A DNA stretch of 63,344 bases, counting the filler, from Chiloscyllium plagiosum (lineage: Eukaryota): NCBI RefSeq assembly GCF_004010195.1. It is 6 parts of one record of this genome, joined end to end, with 100 filler letters (N's around TTAATTAATTAA, not from the genome) between each part and the next. Parts side by side here need not be neighbours in the genome. Positions count along the whole stretch, not along the records: positions 1 to 15,807 come from NC_057717.1; positions 15,908 to 38,649 come from NC_057717.1; 4 more parts are not named here. One strand, 5' to 3'. The position numbers and the translations under genes were made by a program. The notes under the pieces were generated by a model. That model saw only the letters and a list, made by a program, of their open reading frames with translations, had not been told where the DNA came from and did not search any database. Positions 11,540-23,639 of this stretch are shown here, piece after piece; within the stretch, counting starts at the first letter, position 1; each line of letters starts with the position of its first letter.

Positions 11540-14500
11540 TGTGACCATTTCTTTTAAAACCAGCTATGAATTACTGCTGGCCTGTCTACTCTTACTCTTA
11601 TCTGTTAGAAAAATCCTTGTTCCTTTTGTTAGAGACGGTTCAAGAACTTCCCTCGTATTACCATTTTGTTTACGTCTTTGAAATACTTACAGTACCTTCC
11701 CCTGTGAGGAAAGATGTAAAACATGGGTGTAAATTATTTGCCTGCTCCCTGTAGCCAATTCTTCAGTTACACCCTCCAATTATTCTCAGTATACTTTCCA
11801 AATTAATTTCACCTAAGATCACACACTCATCTTGAACTTTTTTAAATGCTCGAAAAAGCTCGTGCTGCTTGTTATTTGTATTTCTTGCCAATTTACGACA
11901 TCATGTCTTTTCTCCCCTTTTCCCCGCTTTCTAGATTGATACAGTCATATAGCGCACATACAGACCCTTTGGTCTAACTTGTCCATGCTGACCAGGTTTT
12001 CCAAACTAAACTAGTCCCATCTGATTGCATTTTGTCCATATGCCTCTAAACGTTTCCCATTCATATGTTTGTCCTAATGAGTTTTAAATGTTGTAGCTGT
12101 ACTTACAGCTCCCACTCTTTCTCTGACAGCTCATTCCATATACTTACATCACCCTCTGTGTGAAAACAATGACTCTTCGTCCATTTCAAATCTCCCCTCT
12201 TTCACCTTAAACCTATGCCTTGAACTCCCCCATCCCGTGGAAAAGATCTTGGCTATTCAATCTATTCATACTTATCATGATTTTATAAACTTCTACAATG
12301 TCACCCCTCAACCTCTGACACGCTCTCTGACACTAACTTTACGAACAAGCATTTAAAGATAAGCACTGCAAATTTGAAACAGTATTCAAATGACAGGTAA
12401 ATAACACTCAGCCCACACTTCATATTGTGATTTATTTTTCTCCATGTTATAATACTAAGCCAGCAGGAAACTGTTACGAGTACCAATATGAGGTCAAACA
12501 CCTGAATTGCTTTGTCCAAATGGGGTGATGATCTCTAAGGTGAAAGCGCATCACTGGCCTGTGAGAGGGAGAACCTGGAATCAGGAAGGGGACACGAACA
12601 GGGAAGAGGATGGAGCAGCAATGGCAAGAGTTTCTGGGGGGAATTCAGGAAGCACAGCTGAAATTCATGCCTAGCATCTGCTTCTGGTCCCTGAAATAAA
12701 CCTCCTAAATCTGGCCCTCCACTAACACTCATCCTTAGTATCCTGGAGAGCCTTTGTCAACCATGGGTGCTTCATCTTCTTATCGAGTTCTTCTTTTTGA
12801 ACAGAAACAATAATTACTGAGTGGTTTCGGATATCTGTTTGAATGTCTGCTCAAGTATACTGACGGTCTTCCTCTGGGTCTATTTTCACATTCCACTTCA
12901 GGCCAGATGTGAGGCAGAAATCCTCAATTTAGATGTTTGGTTCTTTTCAATCATTCAGGAGGAACTTCTGCATGTGGCTGAGCACAAGATCAGAGGAGGC
13001 TGACTACATTCTCCAAGTTTCTCCATCTCTGTTATTTCTGTTTGATGATGCCATATTTCAGTGAGCTGTGTCTAACGTGACCTCCTTTTCCTTCAAAGCA
13101 GAAATTCCCGAACTCTGGTGGACAGGGCCTTCAGCTATGACTGTCCCACCTCCAACGGTGTTGTCCTCAATCCGTCCCCTCCCTCCCAGAACAATGATAG
13201 ATTCCTCCTTGTCCACACTTGCTCCTGTACGAGAATCCACATTCACATATTCATCTTACACCATTTCCACCATCTCCAGCAGGACAGCATCATGAAACAC
13301 ATCTTCCCCTCCCGTCCACAGTCAGTATTTCACAGCGACCTTTCCCTCTGTGTCACCGTCCATCACCCCGAACATTTCCCCACTCCCCCATCGCACCATC
13401 CCATGCAATTGTAGAAGCTGCAACACTTGTCCAAAAAATCTCATCCCTCCTCACTGTCCAAGGCCGCAAACATAACTTCCAGGTGAAGCAGTATTTCATT
13501 TGTAACCTTTCAATCTGATCTCCTGTCATTGCTGCTCACAATGCAGTCTCTTTATATTGGCGAGACCAAATAGAGATTGCTTTGTGGAACACACCCACTC
13601 TGTCTGTAGAAATAAACCTGACCTTCTCATTGCTTCTCATTTCAATAACATACCTTGCTCTCATGATAACATTTCGGCCCTGGGTTGCTGCAATGTTCCA
13701 AGGCAGCACAACCCAAGCTCGAGTAACAACTCACTTTACACTTTCGTACGTTACAGCTTGTAGGAGTTAATGTACAATTTCATAACCTCACAGTCTGACC
13801 CCATTATAACTGTTCTCCAATTTCCGTGCATTCTCCATCCTGGCTTCCCTATGACCTTGTGTGGTTGTATCTTCTTTTTCTTTCACTCAATAGAGAGAAC
13901 CCCTTTTCCCCATTCACATCTTAATTTAAAGCTTTTTCACATGATCTTCTCGTTCACCACTACTAAAAGCATGTTTATCTTTAGCCACACCCTCTTTTAC
14001 CCGTCAACCCACTTCCCACATCTGTCAAGGGATTATAAAGCTTATTTTCCAATCCTTTTCAGTTCTGAAGCAGTGTCATACTGGACTTGAAACGCTAACT
14101 CTGTTTCTCTGTCTCTGCAAATGATGCCAGACCTGTTGAGTTTCTCTAGGAATGAATAGGCTTAGAACAAGTTTTCAATTAAACAAATAACTATGGATAC
14201 TGGAAATGAAAACGCAAAAATTGCTGAAGAAAATGGGAGCTTTGTAGAAGGTTCACTGGTCCTGAAAGATTAACTCTGCTTTCACTCCACAAGATGCTGC
14301 CAGACCTGCTGAGTTTCGTCAACAATTTCTGTTTTTGGACAAGTTCCATCGACGTATGTTAAAGCTGCTCAAACGCTGTGTCTCACACGCAATGCACTGA
14401 GATGTGACCGGTAATGCAAGGTGCACAGATTACTTGATCTGTAACTGCATAAGGCTGGCATCACTGACACTGCAGAGCTCTTAATCATGGTCAGCTCGAG

Positions 14501-15050
14501 AAACAGAGGGGAACACATTCACATCAAACACAGAAGATGGCATTGGGGGAATGAAAACATTCAGATGCATATGTTAAGGGGTTTGAGTAGAGTAACAAAT
14601 TGGAGGCGCGACATCAGGGAGAGACCTTCAGCAGAATGAGAATAGGAAAATGGAAGTGTTACCACATCAGAAACCAGGTTAAGACATTGAGTACAGGGCT
14701 GATGGGTGAATGGGTCTTGGTGTGAACTGAGGTATAGTCAGGAGAATTGAATTAAACATATTGGAGCTCAAAGTGGGCATTCATGTGGTGCGGTAGAATC
14801 ACAGCAGCAGCAGAATTGTATTCAACTAAATTTCTGTAACATTTTCCCCAGGTTAATCCCTCAGCCTACCATTACCATCAAGCTGATCTATGGTTCAGCG
14901 ACGAGTGTCGGTGAACATGATAGGGTCGGGAACCATGTGTACCGAAACCTGATGACAGTACATTAAAGCTACCGCACTTGACTGGTTATATTCGCAACAG
15001 CAGGACTAACATCTGATACAGAGGACGAAATGATCCCAAGACTAACAGAT
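11540..15050. repeat. Segmental unit X, copy 2 (direct tandem with copy 1); extra CR1 3' fragment at ~11935-12320; Penelope fragment at ~13060-14150
   Basis: Shares the same mosaic of repeat fragments and junctions with 2870-4366 plus 10155-11535, and with the reverse complement of 53400-56215. Confidence 0.8.
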
Positions 15051-15800
15051 CAGATCGAAGTTCTGCAGTGCTGCCACATCCAGACGTAAATGTCGATGGA
15101 CTATTAAACAACTCACTGGAGGATAGGACTCCATAAATATCGCCATCCTAAACAATGGGACAGCCCTGTATATCAGTGTAATAGACATGGTTGTATTATC
15201 GGCACCGTCCTCAGCCAGAAGTGTTGAGTTGATGATCCACCTTACCCTTGCCATGCTGCCCGCAGAATCACAAATGCCAGTCTTTAGTCAATCTGATTCA
15301 CATTATGTGACATGAAGAAACAGCTGAACGCAGTATATACGACAAAGGTAATGGGCCTCGACACCATTCCTCCAATAGGACTGAAGACTTGTGCTGCACA
15401 ACAAGCCGTGTCCCTGAGGAAGCTGTTTCATTCCAGCTCCAACTCTGACATCTCCCTAGCAATGTGGAAAGTAACTCAGCTATGTCCAATCCCATAACAA
15501 GGGAATAACTACAGTCTGACCATTTACCACACCCTGAGTGCCATCGCAACAGTCACATTGGTGGGAGTTCTTTCTGGCAGATCTGTCAAGCAGCGCAGAA
15601 GTAACCTGCTCAGTGTGGTTTCAGATAGGTCCCCATGGGGAGATGGTGCTGTTGTGGAAATATCACTGGATTACTAATCCAGACCAGGCTAATGCTCTGG
15701 CAGCCTATGGAAGTTATAATTAATAAAATATCGAGATGTAAAACCTGGAGTCAGTAACAGTGACCTTGAAGCCAATGTCGATTGTAAACACCAATTTCCT
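14790..15800 (+). mobile_element. Degenerate LINE ORF2/3' fragment of a second common shark LINE family
   Basis: Motifs such as AAACAACTCACTGGAGG, KVMGLDTIPPIGLKTCA, MWKVTQLCP, and a GGATTACTAATCCAGA-type 3' end. Confidence 0.6.
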
Positions 15801-15807
15801 TCCTCAA

Positions 15808-15907
15808 NNNNNNNNNNNNNNNNNNNNNNNNNNNNNNNNNNNNNNNNNNNNTTAATTAATTAANNNNNNNNNNNNNNNNNNNNNNNNNNNNNNNNNNNNN
15901 NNNNNNN
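15808..15907. other. Scaffolding spacer (44 N + TTAATTAATTAA + 44 N); identical spacers at 38650-38749, 44768-44867, 50693-50792 and 58161-58260
   Basis: Five identical 100-nt spacers with a six-frame-stop 12-mer. Confidence 0.97.
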
Positions 15908-17383
15908 TTCCTTGACAATAATACTCGAGGGGTTTCCTCATGTTATGGTCTACACAATCAACTGAGAGGGACAAACACAGGCCTTCAGAGGTCAGGCACA
16001 GACCAAGTTTCAAAGACGTGTCTCAAAGCTGCTGGAACAAGCTTTCCAACTTGGAGCAACAGCCTGCCACATACCATTGCATTGTTTCTGAGCTTCACAA
16101 TGCCAGCACTCGATACACTCGGGAGTGAAAAAAAAACAACACCAGGGAAAGGTACAGAAAACATGTTGTGAAAATATGGTTAAGGAGACGAGGGAGTAGG
16201 AGTAACTGGAGAAGTGAGACAATGGTGGGTCCAATTACAAGAAGGGGAGCATTCAATAAAACTATTGCCAGATCAGTTGAAATGGTTAGTTACATCAAAT
16301 TGTAAGTCTGCCTCACAGAACCATCCAAGACCCCATAAACTGGGACAAGGGATCAGCCAGAATGGAGAGCTGTGCAGACCATGCTAGTGGACTACTCTAT
16401 AAATTGGACTATGTGCCCAGCATAGGGACCATTGCAAACCTTTGCCAGTATATTGCTACTATACTTGCACTACAGAAATGTCTTCAACGGGAAGATGTGT
16501 AACCCATGCAGTAAGTGACAATAAATGGACTCCCACAAATGTATGGCTCTGTATCTCCACTGCCGAAATATAAGATAAGAGATTGTGTGTGTGTGTGTGT
16601 GTATGTGTTGGTGGCAGTAGATATGAAAATTATTATTTGAGAGAGAATAGACATATAGGAAATCAGTTTAAATGTGAGCAACTGACAGGGTTTTGTGTCA
16701 TTAACCGAGGGAGACTGAGGACCGTGTTATAGACAGAGGTGACGACATGTTTGTGAATATTAAAGTAAAGGCATTTCCAGAACCAACAACAATATAAAGC
16801 AATCCGTACAGGAATGATGGGATTTTAGTCTTCGTTTAGATACAAGCCATGGAATACCGACTCAGATTTGGTTAAGGAACGGCAGATTACTGGCTTTATT
16901 AAGATTGTGCTTCATAGCTGAAGGTTCAAACAGCAGATGGGATGAACTAATGAAGTATATTCTGCAGTTGTCAATGGTTAAAATTATGAATGGTCAGGAT
17001 ATAGTGTCAGTAATCAGCTTGTGGCCAAAGGGATCACCGTAGTTGTAACTCGTTTGTTTCAGCCTCAGTTATTGGCCAGGGATGAGATGGAGTCAGAGGA
17101 AGGAAATGGAGTTTGCATCCAGAACAGAAGACAGTGACATCCAAGTGTTCAATATTTAAATAGCAAGGGCAGTGATGCAATGCATCCTGGTTCAAACCTG
17201 AAAGTGAGTAGGTCAACCAACAAGGCCCAGTGCCAGAACTAAAGAAGGAGAGAAAGAATAAACAAGTTCACTGTTGTTTGTTGTGGTTTGGAGCGTGAAT
17301 ACTTACAGAGTAGGGTAAATGAAAAGAACAGTAATACAGTCGCACAGGGTTAATGCAAATAATATATTGACAGTGAACCTTAC

Positions 17384-17561
17384 CAGGGACACCAACAATA
17401 GCCAGGGTAGGATAATAAAGACTTTGAATAATGTAAAGTGCATATCTGATCCGCGATGATAACGGCCACCAATAAAATGTAGAAAAAATCCAAACATAAT
17501 GGGATAAACCCCTGTCCATTGTTGGAACATTCCAGTCTATTGTTTTCAGATTCTGATCCAT
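17384..17561 (-). CDS. Exon 1 of GPR139/GPR142-like class A GPCR (copy B): N-terminus to mid-TM1
   Basis: MDQNLKTIDWNVPTMDRGLSHYVWIFSTFYWWPLSSRIRYALYIIQSLYYPTLAIVGVP, then phase-1 donor G|GTAAGG at 17384/17383. This matches the YY..L...G.P| exon-1 end of GPR139-type genes. Alternative ATG at 17519. Confidence 0.75.
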
Positions 17562-17645
17562 TGTTGTAACATTCCAGTCTATTGTTCTCAGATTCTGATC
17601 CACTGTTGGAACTTTCCAGTCTAATGTTCTCAGTTTCTGATCTCT
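17515..17645 (-). repeat. Three tandem 42-bp units (14 codons, MDQNLRTIDWNVTT-like) spanning the 5' UTR and start of GPCR exon 1
   Basis: GATCAGAA(A/T)CTGA(G/A)AACA(T/A)TAGACTGGAA..TT.CAACA repeated three times. Confidence 0.9.
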
Positions 17646-17759
17646 CCCTCTCTCTGGAGCAGCCGATCCCTGTTAGTGTTATCGGTGATGCTCCCGCCCA
17701 TACTATGGGATAACATATTGAATCGAGCCCTTTTATCATTAAAAGATGAAAACTCTCCA

Positions 17760-17830
17760 CTGGGATAATTAGAATCCATGGAGACTGACATTAGTCACAG
17801 TCACCAAACAACAGGTTCAGTTAACCAGTT
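17760..17830 (-). promoter_or_regulatory. Conserved upstream cassette of GPCR copy B
   Basis: GTTTGGTGACTGTGACTAATGTCAGTCTCCATGGATTC, shared with copies A and C; GATAAAAG TATA-like site at ~17730-17737. Confidence 0.55.
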
Positions 17831-18159
17831 CCTTACATCATTTTACGTAACACAATAAAAGGGAACATTTACTAGGTTTAGATTGAATAAATGAGAGTTG
17901 TTGAAGGGTAGATCATAAATCTTTCAATCTTTTTAATCTGTCTTCCCTATATATGGGAGTATTGTCGGAACACTGTACTGTTGTATATGATTCACCCTGT
18001 TTATAAAAGGAGACAGGAATAAAATAACAGACGAGCTGCATAAAATGTTTGGTGGAGACGTTTCTCGATACCTTTGTGTAATGCTGCTCCAAGTTTGAAA
18101 TTCCCTGTTATCAAGTCTTTCTTAACCTTGTGACATCATTCAGAGCATTGAAACTGCTG

Positions 18160-18345
18160 CTCAGGAACACGGAGAAACAGGAGGTAGTCACTCAACTGCT
18201 CGAGACTGGGACAGAGGAACAGGAGGCAGTCTTTCAACTGTTCGAGACTGGGACACAGACACAGGAGGAGTCACTCAACTGCTCGATACTGGGACACAGG
18301 AACAGGGGGCAGTCACTCAACTGCTCGGGACTGCGATACAGGGAA
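18160..18345 (+). repeat. 42-bp minisatellite, about 4-5 units
   Basis: CACTCAACTGCTCGAGACTGGGACAGAGGAACAGGAGGCAGT repeated with variation. Confidence 0.85.
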
Positions 18346-19269
18346 ATCTGGAGGCTAGTGAGGCCCAGATTTCTGTTCCCCAGGAACAGGAGGAGGTGAC
18401 TCACTACCCACCACTGTGAGACACTGGGAGAGAAGAGGAATCGGCTTGTTACTAACAGAAATATCTGAATAAGTTGCATGAACGAGCCATTCAATCCTGC
18501 TCCAACATTCTTCAAAACCATGGCTGATCTGATTGTAATTCCCTCATTCCATTTTACAGAGATTCCCCTCTCTGCAGCCTCTGCTCCATTTTTTGATCAT
18601 GTAGCAGATCCAGATGCTGTAACTACAGTCACCATGTTTCATCCAGAGTTAGATCACCAAAGCCTCTGGTCTTCCTGAATTTCCACAGCAGCTTAAAACA
18701 GAGCCTCCAGGAAACCATCCCCAGCATTTTCACGAACGTACAAAAACTGGAGTTAAGTCAAATGTCAGTCAAAGGCAAATGAGAAGCCTGGTCTGAATCA
18801 CTAACAGTTGTGAGGATTCCTCATGGTACTGAGCACATGAGCAGCAGAGAGGGATTAACACAGGCGTTCAATTAATAGGCAAAGAGCAAGTTACAAAGGT
18901 GTGCCTCGAAACTATTAAAACCCCATTATCCAACATGGAGCACAGGGCAGGACACTGGGAAGTCAAAGAAAACGCAAGCAATGTTTTTTTTTGAACACTA
19001 TTTCTAAGCTTCTTAGTGTTGGAAGCTGATGCTCTTGAGTGAGCAACATTCAAGGGCAATTAAAACTAGATGGCGGGGAAGCAGTTTAAACACCAACAAA
19101 TGGGAGGGATTTGTGAAATAGTCAGAGGGAGAGAGACTCTGAGTCAGTGTTGTGGAAGGATGTGTTTGCAGGTTTTAGAATGCTGAAATGAAGACATTTC
19201 GATCATATCTAGCAACATAGGTTAGTATGTCCGGGAATGATGAATTAATACGATATTGGTGCAAGGTCA

Positions 19270-20640
19270 GATAGAGTCAGAGCCTGGGAGATGTACAGCA
19301 CAGAATAAGACGCTTCAGTCTAACTCGTCCATGCTGATGGGATATCCCAAATTAAACTAATCGTATTTGGCCAATGTCGATGTAAACCCTTCCTCTTAAA
19401 GTACCCATCCAAATATCATTTAGACGTTATAATTGTAAAAATCCTCCACCACCTCCTCTGGCAGCTCATTCCACACATGCACCACCCTCTGTGGGAAAAA
19501 GTTGCTCCTTAGGTAATTTTAAAATCTTTTCCCTCTCATCGGAAATTCATGCCCTCTAGTTTTGGGGAAAAAGACCTTGGCTATGCACAGTATACATGCT
19601 CCTCACGCTACAGGAAAAAAATAACCCAATCATCAAAGTTTGTGAGAACTCAATCTACTCGCACTCTCCCTATAGCTCCAATCCTGGCAACATCCTTGTA
19701 AATCTTTACTGACTCCCTTCAATTTTCACAATATATTTCCAAAAGGAAGGAGAGCAGAATTGAATGCACTACTCCAAAAGTGGCCAAAGTAATGTGCTGT
19801 ACAGCAGCAACATGACCACCCAATTCATCTAGTCAAAGCACTGGCCAATAAAGGCAAGCATACCAATGTCTTCTTCACTATCCTACCTAACTGCGACTCT
19901 ACTTTCAAGAAACTATGAACCTGCAATCCAAGGTCTCTTTGTTCAGCAACACTCCCCAGAACGTTAACATGAAGTGCCCATGTCCTGCCCTGATTTGCAT
20001 TTCCAAAATGCAGCACCTCCCATTTATCTAGATTAAAAACCACCTGCCAATTGTCAGCCCATCTGCCCACCTGATCAAGATTCCATTGTACTCTGAAGTA
20101 AACCTTCTTTGCTGTCCACTACACCATCATTTTTGTTTTCATCTGCAAACGTAGCAACTATTGCTGCAATGATCACATTCAAATGATTGATGTGAATAGT
20201 AAAAAGCAGTGGAGCCAGCACTCACCCTTGTAGCACACCAATGGTCACAACCCTCCTTTTTGAAAAACAATCCTTCACCACCACCCTCTGTTTCCTGCCT
20301 TGGGACTAATTCTGTATACATATGGCTAGTTCTCCATGTATTCCATATGAACTAAACTTGTTAACCAATCTACAATGCAGGAAGTTGGCAAATGCCTTAC
20401 TGAAGTCCATACCAACAATATACACCTCTGCCTCAATGAATCCTCTTAGTCACTTTTTCAAACATACTCAGTCAATTTAGTGAGATACAACATTCCATGC
20501 TTCGATCCATGTGGCCTATCATTTATCAGTCCTTGCTTTTCAAAATCCATGCAAACCTTGTGCTTCATAATCCTTATCAACAGCTTGCCCTCCACTGAAG
20601 TCTGGCTCACTAGCTTTTCCTTACCATCTTTCTTAAGTGT
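19270..20640 (-). mobile_element. CR1 LINE 3' portion, degenerate
   Basis: WADNWQVVFNLDKWEVLHFG and RT-region fragments; CR1 3' UTR. Confidence 0.85.
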
Positions 20641-20644
20641 TGTC

Positions 20645-20850
20645 AGTAATCGCACCAAGTTCGCATGCCTCCTAGGCGGATGTGAAGACGCAGTCGAATG
20701 ATGTACTTTCTCATCTGTATGTAAGGATACTAGTGATAGTGGGTTATGTCTTTTTTATTCGAGCTAGTGGTTGTTCATGTATCCAGCTAGCTAGTTTTCC
20801 GCCTGTTTTTCCGATGTAGTGCTTGTTACAATTCTTGGAAGGCTTATTAT
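20645..20850 (-). mobile_element. Short Penelope GIY-YIG fragment
   Basis: Reverse complement resembles 61830-62040 (CNKHYIGKTGGKLA..IHEQ). Confidence 0.6.
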
Positions 20851-21074
20851 TCCTGGAGCAGAACAGACAAAGATGTGAACTTATTGCGATACTTAAAAGT
20901 ATGAAAAGATGTAAAACAGGAGTAATCCGTTTCCGTTAGTTGGCATTACAGCATCAAGGAGTTCTAATTTCCAGGTTATCATGAAAAGAGCCAGGAGTGA
21001 GACAACGAAAAACTTCTTCATTGAGAGAGTTGTTAGGATTTGGAAATGACTACCTGGGAGAGTTGTGGATGAGC

Positions 21075-22415
21075 CAGACCTCTGTTGTGGGCAAGTTGTT
21101 GGAGGGAATCCTGAGGGACACGATGTACATGTATTTGGAAAGGCAAGGATAGTCAACATGGCTTGGGAAATCATGTCTCATGAACTTGATTGAGTTATTT
21201 GAAGAAGTAACAAAGAAGACTGATGAGGGCAGAGCAGTAGATGTGATCTATATGGACTTCAGTAAGACGTTCGACAAGGTTCCCCAAACGAGACTGATTA
21301 GCAAGTTTATATCTCATGGAATACGGGGAGAAGTAGCCATTTGGATACAGAACTGGCTCAAAGGTAAAAGACAGAGGGTGGTGGTGGACTGTTGTTTTTC
21401 AGACTGGAGAACTCTGACCAGTGGAGTGCCACAACGATTAGTGCTGGGCCATCTACTCCTTGTCATTTACGTAAATGATTTGGATGCGAGCATACGAGGT
21501 ACAGTCAGTAAGTTTGCAGATGACACCAAAATTGGAGGTATAGTGGATAGCGAAGATGGTTTCCTCAGATTACAACAGGATCTGGATCAGATGGGTCAAT
21601 GGGCTGTGAGGTGGCAGATGGAGTTTGATTCAGATAAATGCGAGGTGTTGCATTTTGGGAAACCAAATCTTAGCAGGACTTATACACTTAATGGACTGTT
21701 TCTGAACAAAGAGACCTTGAAGTGGAGGTTCATAGCTCCTTGAAAGTGGAGTCGCATGGAAATAGGATAGTGAAGAAGGCGTTGGTATTCTTTCCTTTAT
21801 TGCTCAGAGTATTGAGTACAGGAGTTGGGAGGTCATGTTGCGGCTGTACAGTATATTGTTGAGGTCACTCTTGGAATATTGCGTGCAACTCTGGTCTCCT
21901 TCCTATCGGAAAGATGTTGTGAACCTTGAAAGGGTTCACAAAAGATTTACAAGGATGTTGCCATGGTTGAAGTATCTGAGCTCAGGGAGAGGCTGAACAG
22001 GCTGGGGCTGTTTTTCCTGGACCGTCGGAGGCTGAGGGGTAACCTTATACAGATTTACAAAATTATGAGGGACATGGTTAGGATAAGTACACAAAGTATT
22101 TTTCCTGGGGTCAGGGAGTTCAGACCTAGGTGACACAGGTTTAGGGTGAGTGGGGAAAGATATAAAAGAGACCTAAGGGACAACTTTTTCACACAGAGGG
22201 TGGTACGTTAATGGAATGAGCTGCCAGAGAATGTGGTGGAGGCTGGTACAATTGCAACATTTAAGAGGCATTTGGATGGCTATATGAATAGAAAGGATTT
22301 GGAGGGATATGGGCCGGGTGCTGGCAGGTGGGACTAGGTTGGGTTGGGATAACTTGTCGGCATGGACAGGTTGGACTGAAGGGTCTGTTTCTATGCTATT
22401 CATCTCTATGACTCT
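21075..22415 (+). mobile_element. 5'-truncated CR1 LINE (RT ORF 21180-21743 and 3' UTR)
   Basis: YMDFSKTFDKVP, SGVPQ, KFADDTKIGG; CTCTATGACTCT tail. Confidence 0.92.
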
Positions 22416-23639
22416 GACTGGGTATGTTTTTGGAAATGTGAATTTAACAGGTTGCAGAAATAAGGCTGGCAATTGAGAGGGGCTTGGGAGACATTCCTGG
22501 AGCTGATGCACACACAGTGGCCAATGGCCTCCTCATATACTTAAACGTTTTGCACTCTGTCATGTGTCTGATATGAATAAAAGTCAGCATCCGATTATTT
22601 CCAATTGTTAATGCTCGCGAATATCTGATTATTTAGTGCAGCATAAACATTTAAAATGCAAGTATTGCAAGGCCAGCATCATTAAATAGTCTAAGTATTG
22701 CTCAGAACATGAATATTTTAAATGTCGTATTCCAATTACTAAAACAAATCTGTCATTGCTTTGGCACAAATCTTTTTGAAAAGGTCTGACTTTTCACTCA
22801 CACAATAATATGTTCTTCGCTTTTGATAACTGTCCACATTTCATATTAAATAACATTCTTTCTAAAAATTAAAAGTTTTCAAATTATTGTTCACTAAAAT
22901 TTGATAGCCCAAATCATTTATTTCGTTTAATATTCACTGGGCATGTTGAATTATAGCTATTTCTAATTCGCTGGCAAATAGCTGAAGCTTGTACATTTCA
23001 GTGAGAAATTAAACTGATTGATTCTATATAAATGTATAAGAACGCTAATTTTATTTGATTGTTCAATCGTTTGCTCACCCTGAACATGTAATCATTCAGA
23101 AGCCAACCACTTTCAAAACGTTGGAGTGACAATGCATTGTTTTGAATCCTGGTATTGCGTATGTAATTCTGATCGCCAAAAGAGTTACATCCATGTTGTT
23201 TGTTCGATACAAAATAAAATGTACATTCTTTATTTCTGTGTTAGAAAATCTTGACAGGAGTTTATATTATAGGTCCATAAATATAGAATCAAGCTGATTC
23301 TTTTCAGAGATTATAGTTCAGTCGAAAAATCATAGTTGATATCTGAAATTTGCCCAATTCACGAAACATGGCAAACATCTGATTAATACATGGGTCACCC
23401 AATAGATTGTATCTGAAGAAAACAGCAGCAAATGACAAGTCAAGAATCATGTTAATAACTGAACTTGACCGAGCCTGCGTGGTGTAGGACACAACACATG
23501 TTGTACTGACATTCAGGTGAATGTAACAATGAACAACATAACTGGAAGATCTGGGCTAACGCCCCTTCCCAGCTTCCTGATCTTACACACATCACCCCCT
23601 CACACATTCAACAATTGATAAGAATCCACAGGCTGGGTG

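Noticed and set aside
15852..15863. Palindromic TTAATTAATTAA repeated five times
   Set aside because: It is always centred in a 100-nt N spacer, so it is an artificial six-frame-stop linker.
17515..18345. CRISPR-like appearance of the 42-bp arrays
   Set aside because: The units are head-to-tail with no unique spacers, there are no cas genes, and the context is eukaryotic.
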